From: Candidatus Parcubacteria bacterium
Lineage (GTDB): Bacteria; Patescibacteriota; Minisyncoccia; Phycocordibacterales; UBA2100
Length of the DNA stretch: 43,927 nt
Direction of reading: 5' to 3'
Assembly (NCBI GenBank): GCA_039798465.1
Contig: JBDKGA010000002.1
Span: forward strand, 1-43,927
Each line of letters starts with the position of its first letter. Within the stretch, counting starts at the first letter, position 1. The position numbers and the translations under genes are program-made. Shown piece by piece: positions 37,399-43,927 of this stretch. The notes under the pieces were generated by a model. It saw only the letters and a list, made by a program, of their open reading frames with translations, was not told the origin of the DNA and made no database searches.

Positions 37399-38607
37399 AT
37401 GCGACTACCCGACATTGCAATGCTCAGTACGCGTATGTTTAAGACGAACCCGTCGCGTACGTGGCTCACGATTTTGGGTATGGGTGTGGGCACGGGGGCA
37501 GTGGTGGCGCTTGTGGGACTTGGGTTTGGTTTGCAGGGAATTATTCTCGAGCGCATCGTCTTTGGCGAGACACTGCTTTCGCTCAACGTCGCAAATCCGC
37601 CGTCTCATGCGGTGGTGCTTGATCCGGCTACTGTTGATGATTTGGCACGCAATGTGCAAGTGAAAGATGTTTCTCCGATGGTGACATTCCCCGCGCTCGT
37701 TACCTACGAAGGGCTAACCGGCAATGCGAATCTCCAAGGACTCAAGCCGTCGTACTTTCTCTATACTGGCGGTAAGGCGGTGGTTGGTGAACTTTTTTCT
37801 GATAAAACCACTGTCGAAGATAGGGACGCGGTTATCATCACCGCGGCACTTCTCAAGCTCTATGGCGTCGAGAATCCTCAGGATGCGCTCGGGAAGACTC
37901 TCAAGTTTCGTGTGTTGGTTCCGCAAGAGGGAAGCGATGCGCAGACCGAAGTGTCTATCGACAAAGAATATCGCATCAAAGGCGTGAGCGCGGACGAGGG
38001 GACACTTGCCGCCATAGTCACGCTTGATGAATTTACCTCTCGATTTTCAGTGCCGTTTTACGAACGCGTTCAGGTGCGCGTGAAAGATAGTAAGAATCTG
38101 GTTCCGGTACAAGATGAGATTATCGCAAAGGGGTTCACCGTGACGGCGCTTTCTAAAACAGTAGAGCAAGCCAACAAAATTTTCCAAGGTATTCAAGCAG
38201 TGCTTGCTGTGTTTGGTGGCATCGCACTCACGGTTTCGGCAATCGGTATGTTCAATACAATGACGGTGACACTTCTTGAGCGCACAGCCGAAATCGGCGT
38301 CATGCGTACTATTGGCGCCTCATCTCTCGATATTGTGGTGTTGTTCGTGGCAGAGGCGGTAATTGTGGGTCTACTAGGTGGGGTAGTAGGTATTCTCCTG
38401 GGGGTGGGGATAGGAGTTGTTGTAAACGGCTTTTTGGGGGCTGTCGCGAGCAAATTTGGCGGGGAGGCAGTGGGTATTTTCCGCTACCCCGCGCCATTCC
38501 TACTCTTTATTGCAACGTTTTCGGGGGCGGTGGGTTTTCTGACTGGCTTGTTCCCGGCCCGCCGCGCAGCAAAAATTAACCCGCTCGACGCCATCCGCTA
38601 CAAGTAG
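37399..38607 (+). CDS. ABC transporter permease (MacB periplasmic core plus FtsX domain)
   Basis: RTWLTILGMGVG, NTMTVTLLERTAEIGVMRTIGA, PARRAAKINPLDAIRY. Confidence 0.93.
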   Translation: MRLPDIAMLSTRMFKTNPSRTWLTILGMGVGTGAVVALVGLGFGLQGIILERIVFGETLLSLNVANPPSHAVVLDPATVDDLARNVQVKDVSPMVTFPALVTYEGLTGNANLQGLKPSYFLYTGGKAVVGELFSDKTTVEDRDAVIITAALLKLYGVENPQDALGKTLKFRVLVPQEGSDAQTEVSIDKEYRIKGVSADEGTLAAIVTLDEFTSRFSVPFYERVQVRVKDSKNLVPVQDEIIAKGFTVTALSKTVEQANKIFQGIQAVLAVFGGIALTVSAIGMFNTMTVTLLERTAEIGVMRTIGASSLDIVVLFVAEAVIVGLLGGVVGILLGVGIGVVVNGFLGAVASKFGGEAVGIFRYPAPFLLFIATFSGAVGFLTGLFPARRAAKINPLDAIRYK

Positions 38608-38634
38608 CTTCTTGAGGCTTTGTATACAGCGTGG

Positions 38635-38643
38635 TTATCCACA
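38635..38643 (+). promoter_or_regulatory. perfect DnaA-box consensus
   Basis: TTATCCACA in the intergenic gap, about 30 nt upstream of the -10 element TACTAT (38673-38678). Confidence 0.5.
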
Positions 38644-38684
38644 TTTAGCGCCAAAAAATGGCCATTCGGTGGTACTATTCGCCT

Positions 38685-40571
38685 ATGTATAGCGTGGGTG
38701 ATTTCCGTCATATCGTAAAGCGCACACGCGGCTCTATAGAGAGACTTTTTGCGGATGTAGATACTCGCGCGGGTAAGGTGACACTGGTCACCGTACTTGG
38801 AGGAGCGGTGTTTCTTGCTGTTTTTTCGTTTGCGTCGTTCGAATTTCGGGTTCCTACTGTTAGTGCGGATGATGTCACTACGTCGGTGCGCGTACTGAAC
38901 ACACCGCCAGTCTGGACAATAGATGCGCAGGAAGAATACGAATCATCCATCACTATTCCGACTAACGTTGGCACTAGTAGTCAATGGATTGCTACGGGCA
39001 CCGACTCAAACGGAGAAGATTACTACCTCTTGATTTGCAAGACAGGTAGTGCGCCAACTCCTCACTCAAACGCAGTGCCGACCTGCAACGGCGGTATCTC
39101 AAATACCTGGGCAACGTCTGCGGCCACACCAAGTGGCACCCAGGCCCGTGCTTCAACGACCACTCTCGAAGCATTTCCTGAATCAAACGCCTGGTTTGCG
39201 TGGGTTTGCGATGGCAACGGCTCGCTCGCTCAATGCAACGCAACGAGCAAGCAGGGGACAGGAAGCACCGCTTCGCCGTTTATCGTAAATCATCCGCCTG
39301 TGTTCAACAGTATTGCAAACAACGGGCCCGTGAACCCTGGTGCTGTCATTACCTGGACTAGTAATGCGATAGATACCGATACACTTACCACAAACACAAC
39401 GCGCCTTCTGGTATGTAAGGCCGCAGATTTTTCTGCAGTCACCGGCGCCTGTGGAGTGGGTGGTACATGGGCTACCAGCACCCTGCAAGCTTCCAATCCT
39501 GCAACATCAACAACAATATCGATTCCCTACCAGGACAAAACATACAACGCTTACGTATATGTGGTAGACGCGTTTGGTTTAGGCGCCACCTCAACACGCC
39601 AGTCAAGCAACTCTACCTTTGCGGTAAACAATATCGCTCCCACACTCAACGCGGCGACTATCAGCCTTGTTGATCCTCGCACAAGCGGTAACCTCACGCT
39701 CTTTAATCCCGCTGCAACGTCTGGTCCTTTCTACGTGCAATTTCAAGTCAACGATGACAACAGCTGCCAAAACTCACTGAGCACGAACGAAATAGCTTCT
39801 TCTATAGCAAACATATACCGTTCGGGAGTTACTCAGGCTTCGTGTCAGCTCAATACCGACTACAACTCCAATAGTTGCTACCCAGCCGCCTCTGTAAATA
39901 GCAGCATCACCTGCACACAAGACGTCGCGTCGTGTTCTGGTCCGACTGACAGTACCGCCACCTGGACCTGTAGCTTCCCGCTCTGGTACAACGCTGACCC
40001 GACCGATGCAAGTACACCCTGGACTGCAGAAAATTGGCTCGCATCGGTGCGTGTGACAGACGACAATGGCCTCACGAGCACGCTTACCGAGGGCTCTACC
40101 GGCAATGAAGTAGTAAGTTTCTTGGCGTTTGATGTGCCGCAGGCAAGTGTGTACTTTGGTGCTTTGCAGCCGGGCGATCAAACCGATCCGCTCGCGACTA
40201 CCACGAGCATGCTCGCGCAAGGCAATATTGGCCTCGACCAGGATATATACGGCGATACCATGTGTACCACTTGGACCTCTCCCGACTCCTGTGATTCAAA
40301 CGGCATTAGTGTCACCAACGACATCACCATCGCAAATCAAAAAGTTGCGACCTCCTCTGTTGCCTATGCATCAGCTGCCGCGTTTACACTCTCTGGCTCA
40401 ACGACCCCCACATCATTCTCGATAAACATTCCCAAGACTACCGCGACTTCGGCACCGCAGCAGAAAGACACCTACTGGGGTATCAACATTCCGGGAACAC
40501 TTACGGTAGCGGGTGATTATCGCGGACAGGACACCATTACTGCTAAAAAGAGCGCGATAGCATTCTGGTAG
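38685..40571 (+). CDS. secreted Cys/Thr-rich Ig-like protein sharing its C-terminal module with the giant protein
   Basis: N-terminal TM/signal; ADPTD..AENWLA and YWGINIP motifs also in the giant protein; start set by TG-G-TACTAT 6 nt before ATG 38685 (ORF track gives 38658). Confidence 0.8.
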   Translation: MYSVGDFRHIVKRTRGSIERLFADVDTRAGKVTLVTVLGGAVFLAVFSFASFEFRVPTVSADDVTTSVRVLNTPPVWTIDAQEEYESSITIPTNVGTSSQWIATGTDSNGEDYYLLICKTGSAPTPHSNAVPTCNGGISNTWATSAATPSGTQARASTTTLEAFPESNAWFAWVCDGNGSLAQCNATSKQGTGSTASPFIVNHPPVFNSIANNGPVNPGAVITWTSNAIDTDTLTTNTTRLLVCKAADFSAVTGACGVGGTWATSTLQASNPATSTTISIPYQDKTYNAYVYVVDAFGLGATSTRQSSNSTFAVNNIAPTLNAATISLVDPRTSGNLTLFNPAATSGPFYVQFQVNDDNSCQNSLSTNEIASSIANIYRSGVTQASCQLNTDYNSNSCYPAASVNSSITCTQDVASCSGPTDSTATWTCSFPLWYNADPTDASTPWTAENWLASVRVTDDNGLTSTLTEGSTGNEVVSFLAFDVPQASVYFGALQPGDQTDPLATTTSMLAQGNIGLDQDIYGDTMCTTWTSPDSCDSNGISVTNDITIANQKVATSSVAYASAAAFTLSGSTTPTSFSINIPKTTATSAPQQKDTYWGINIPGTLTVAGDYRGQDTITAKKSAIAFW

Positions 40572-40612
40572 TCCTGGCCGTGCTCGTGCATCGCGCTCGA
40601 GCGCTCATCTCT

Positions 40613-41629
40613 ATGAACTACCAGCGCGTTACAACTGAAACAAAGCAAAACAGACACAGGTTTGCGGGCTTTTTTCGCGCTGCGTATTTTGTGTTGTTTG
40701 GTGTTGTATTTTTTGCTAACGCTGGTGTGGCGCATGCCGGATTTGGTATCACGCCGCCGTATGTAACAAACGACAGGCTCACGAGGGGGACTACCTTTGA
40801 GCAGCGTATTACGTTGGTACGCTCGGATCCGGTCGATGATTTGAAAGTGCAAATCACCAAGAATATTCCCGGCATCGAGTCGTGGTTTGAAATAGATAGA
40901 GGGAATGAGTTCATAATGCCAAAAGGCACTACACAAATGCCCATTGTGGTTACGGTGCATGTGCCCCAGGATGCGGAATACAAAGTGTATACCGGTGCTA
41001 TACGTATACGCACCTCTTCGGCGGATGTGTCTTCGGGTGGAGGTGTCTCTATCGCGCTTGGTGCGCAGATAGATGTGTCCCTCACGGTGGTTGATAAGAT
41101 ATACGATTTCAACGTTCGCCGCATTCGGCTTATCGACTTGGAAGAAGGGTTCAGAAAGTGGAGCTTGTTCTTCCCGGGCAAGATTCGTTTTTTCATGACG
41201 ATAGAAAATACGGGTAACACCGAATTTGGCCCCACAAAAGTACAGATGGATATTTATGATATCGACAAGGCAACATTGCTCGAAAGTATCGCCAACACAA
41301 ACAAGATAGATACGATTGCACCTTTTGCGATAAAGGAAGTGTTGGCAGAACTCCCTACGCGCGTGCCGGCCGGTCGCTACATTGCTAAGTACACAATCTT
41401 TAAGAACAATGACATTGCGCAGCAAAATGAAGTAAATCTCAGTATTTCTGCTCTCGGCGCAGTGCCAGGGTATGAGGGATATGGTTTTGATGGACTCAAT
41501 CTTGCCGACAAGATAAAGGTCGCACTGGTGATTGCGCTTCCGCTGATAGCACTCATTCTGGTTATTGTTGGGCTGGTTATGCGTCGTCGCAGGATGAGAG
41601 CGTCCTATGGAACAGTCGCGCAACAATAG
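40613..41629 (+). CDS. DUF916/DUF3324 (WxL-interacting)-like two-Ig-domain membrane-anchored protein
   Basis: Signal ending AHA; FGITPP..., IENTGNT..., GRYIAKYTI; C-terminal TM followed by RRRR. Confidence 0.65.
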   Translation: MNYQRVTTETKQNRHRFAGFFRAAYFVLFGVVFFANAGVAHAGFGITPPYVTNDRLTRGTTFEQRITLVRSDPVDDLKVQITKNIPGIESWFEIDRGNEFIMPKGTTQMPIVVTVHVPQDAEYKVYTGAIRIRTSSADVSSGGGVSIALGAQIDVSLTVVDKIYDFNVRRIRLIDLEEGFRKWSLFFPGKIRFFMTIENTGNTEFGPTKVQMDIYDIDKATLLESIANTNKIDTIAPFAIKEVLAELPTRVPAGRYIAKYTIFKNNDIAQQNEVNLSISALGAVPGYEGYGFDGLNLADKIKVALVIALPLIALILVIVGLVMRRRRMRASYGTVAQQ

Positions 41630-42785
41630 CCTGGAGCGTGTAGGGGAGCGATATCATGTGTCGCTCGTAGTGGGTGCCACAATTTTTTCTGCATTACTTG
41701 TCATGTGGGCCTCACTTGGTTTGCGGCACATCGAGGCAACCGATGTCACGACGCTCATCACCGTTTCAATTTGTAATGACGGCATCGTGGGCGCTGGTGA
41801 GACCTGCGACAATGGTCTTGGCAATAATCTTGGTTTATACGCTTCATCTACCGCAGATAGAACATGCGGCGTAGATTGTTTTTCCTACGGACCATATTGT
41901 GGTGATGGTGTGCTTCAAGTGCGCTTTGGTGAGCAATGTGATGACGGAAACAACGCGACCGGGGATTTGTGCACGCCGCTGTGTCAGGCAGTTCCATCTG
42001 CGCCTCCTCCGGGTAGCGGTGCGCCTTCGGTAGGAAGTACGCCGTTTATACCAAATGCGACACCAGGCTTCCTTCCTTCAGACAAAGAGACTCGCGTTGT
42101 GTTGCGCGGGAAAGCATTTCCGGGGAGCCTCGTGTCGATTCTTCTCGATGGGAAAGAACTGGGCACGGCTACCGCAGATTCCAATGCTGATTTTTTGTTT
42201 AGTACTGTTGCGGTTACGCCCGGCACGGCCACCTTTGGTTTCTCGGCAAAAGACCCGCAGGGAGTTGGTTCCATAACCACCTCAGTGGTTTTTGAAATCG
42301 TGCAGAGCGCTATTACCACCGTTGCCAATATTTTCTTGCCGCCCACTGTGACGGTGTCTCCCTTGCGTGTAGACCCGGGGAGTCTCTTTACTATATCGGG
42401 GCACACCGTACCGCGCGCGACTGTTTCCATCGACATCCGCCCAGGGCCACAGCAAGTACTCACAGCTGAAGCTGATGCTCGTGGGGTATGGTCTTTGCAG
42501 GTTGATAGTACGTCACTCGCCAAAGGATTGCATACGGCCAAGGCATCATTTCAGCTATCGCCGCTCGTAAAAAGTGGCTACGGCAAGGCGATAAGTTTTT
42601 CGATTGGCACTGATGCCGCTCGTGGTCGGTCGCCAGACCTCAATCATGATGGAAAGGTGAACCTTGTAGACTTCTCTATTTTCCTCACTTCGTGGAATAC
42701 CGATGACTCAGAACCTGATTTCAACGAAGACAACAAGGTAAACCTTGCCGACTTTAGTATCATGTTATTCGCATGGACAGGATAG
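41607..42785 (+). CDS. Myxococcus Cys-rich repeat (DUF4215-like) plus Ig-like plus C-terminal dockerin protein
   Basis: CGDGVLQ..GEQCDDGN...C...C; duplicated DLNHDGKVNLVDFSI / DFNEDNKVNLADFSI. Confidence 0.85.
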   Translation: MEQSRNNSLERVGERYHVSLVVGATIFSALLVMWASLGLRHIEATDVTTLITVSICNDGIVGAGETCDNGLGNNLGLYASSTADRTCGVDCFSYGPYCGDGVLQVRFGEQCDDGNNATGDLCTPLCQAVPSAPPPGSGAPSVGSTPFIPNATPGFLPSDKETRVVLRGKAFPGSLVSILLDGKELGTATADSNADFLFSTVAVTPGTATFGFSAKDPQGVGSITTSVVFEIVQSAITTVANIFLPPTVTVSPLRVDPGSLFTISGHTVPRATVSIDIRPGPQQVLTAEADARGVWSLQVDSTSLAKGLHTAKASFQLSPLVKSGYGKAISFSIGTDAARGRSPDLNHDGKVNLVDFSIFLTSWNTDDSEPDFNEDNKVNLADFSIMLFAWTG

Positions 42786-42817
42786 TCCCTCACTATTTAT
42801 CAGCTATACTTATGGGT

Positions 42818-43741
42818 ATGAATCGCATTAGCTTCACGTTTCTTGCCGCGGTGATGTTCGTGTATCCAGGGGCTGCGCACGCTGCATCACTCTCTATCGA
42901 AACTGATACCGGTGCGTATGGAATAGGCGATACATTTATAGCAACTGTTCGCATCGACAATGGTGACGCCTGCATCAACGCGGCAGAGGTACAGGTAGAA
43001 TATCCGATTGGCACGCTGCGCGCGGTAGATTTTAGTCGAGGTGATTCGATATTCAGTTTGTGGATTCAAGATCCACAACTCGATACAGAGCGAGGTGTTG
43101 TTTCTTTTGCAGGTGGTACACCGGGAGGATACTGCGGTCGTGTTCAAGGCGATCCGTCACAAAGCAATATTCTCGGGAAGATTGTATTTTCAGTTGTGGG
43201 ACCAGACACGGGGACTACTGCTCTCACATTTTCCCCTGCGTCGCGAGTCTACTTGCACGACGGACTGGGAAGTGTCGCGTCCGTGGAATTTAAAGGCGCA
43301 TCACTCAGTGTCGAGGATAAGCCAACGCTCACCAAGAACCCGTGGCTCGAAGCAGTGAAGTCTGATGCTACACCACCAGAATCCTTTGTACTCCAGGTGC
43401 GTTCTGATAGAGAAGTGTTTAATGGCAAGTACTATATTGTTTTTTCTACAACCGACAAACAGAGTGGGCTTGATCATTACGAAATAGCAGAGGGTGGCGC
43501 GTGGAAACGCATTACTTCGCCATACGTCGTAAAGCCTCGTGCGCTCGACGATGGCGTGCAGGTGAGAGCGGTGGATAAGGCCGGTAATGTGCGTGTCGGC
43601 GATTTTGACCCTCAAGCAATTCCGCCCCGCCAGTACACGTACACCGAAATGATTTCATACGGTCTCTTCTTCGCCATGGCGTTTGTAGCGGTACTCATCC
43701 GTTTGTACATGGCTCGTCGTGATCGTCGGGCACGCGAATAA
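42818..43741 (+). CDS. cohesin-domain plus Ig-like membrane-anchored protein
   Basis: TATACT 7 nt before ATG 42818; signal ending AHA; INAAEV..FSLW..DP..GGTP; SGLDHYEI..DKAGN; C-terminal TM. Confidence 0.8.
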   Translation: MNRISFTFLAAVMFVYPGAAHAASLSIETDTGAYGIGDTFIATVRIDNGDACINAAEVQVEYPIGTLRAVDFSRGDSIFSLWIQDPQLDTERGVVSFAGGTPGGYCGRVQGDPSQSNILGKIVFSVVGPDTGTTALTFSPASRVYLHDGLGSVASVEFKGASLSVEDKPTLTKNPWLEAVKSDATPPESFVLQVRSDREVFNGKYYIVFSTTDKQSGLDHYEIAEGGAWKRITSPYVVKPRALDDGVQVRAVDKAGNVRVGDFDPQAIPPRQYTYTEMISYGLFFAMAFVAVLIRLYMARRDRRARE

Positions 43742-43744
43742 TCT

Positions 43745-43927
43745 ATGAGGGCATATGCGACGATGATAGTGGCACTTGGTATGCCTTTTGTTGCGCACGC
43801 AGAAGTGGCGCTCTTCTTTTCTCCTGCGCAAGGCTCGTATGAAGTAGGGAAGGCGTTTGAACTTTCGGTGCGAGCAGATGCCTCGGGGCATTTGGTAAAT
43901 GCGGCTGAGGGTGAGATACAATTCGAT
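43745..43927 (+). CDS. third cohesin-domain protein (partial, runs off the window)
   Basis: Manual translation MRAYATMIVALGMPFVAHA-EVALFFSPAQGSYEVGKAFELSVRADASGHLVNAAEGEIQFD matches the N-termini of the other two cohesins; not in the ORF track. Confidence 0.75.
   Translation, partial: MRAYATMIVALGMPFVAHAEVALFFSPAQGSYEVGKAFELSVRADASGHLVNAAEGEIQFD

Noticed and set aside
38600-38680. Replication origin
   Set aside because: Only one perfect DnaA box, a very short gap, no AT-rich unwinding region and no dnaA/dnaN nearby
32758-40571. Diversity-generating retroelement TR/VR pair between the two similar C-termini
   Set aside because: Similarity is at protein level only, no adenine-specific near-identical DNA repeat was seen, and there is no reverse transcriptase in the window
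40517-41626. 369-aa minus-strand ORF
   Set aside because: Antisense shadow of the DUF916-like gene
14302-43927. True cellulosome
   Set aside because: No glycoside hydrolase or multi-cohesin scaffoldin recognised in the window

Overview
A gene-dense bacterial chromosomal window with almost all genes on the + strand and the standard code (TGA is used as stop). Gene content, apparently leaderless genes and Thr/Ser-rich cohesin/dockerin surface proteins suggest a Patescibacteria/CPR (Parcubacteria-like) genome; this is inference. 1-800: tRNA-Gln(CTG), followed by a structured tract holding inverted and direct copies of the tRNA 3' end, then one orphan minus-strand gene. 0.8-14 kb: small housekeeping and accessory genes (DUF1801, YhhQ queuosine-precursor transporter, RluA, two Nudix, cytochrome b5-like, VIT1, a Dam-REase-MTase cassette, frameshifted TfoX, TspO, RhuM-Fic, TrhO, M48 peptidase, LepB, Hsp20). 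14.3 kb to the end: a large co-oriented cell-surface locus. It encodes three cohesin proteins, a dockerin/Cys-rich protein, a 5850-aa giant adhesin-like protein, a second secreted protein sharing its C-terminal module, a DUF916/WxLIP-like membrane-anchored partner, an FN3-repeat protein and a MacB/LolD-type ABC transporter. This locus is the best candidate for an undescribed system: a modular, non-cellulolytic surface-attachment assembly. Domain calls come from motif recognition by eye; no searches were run.
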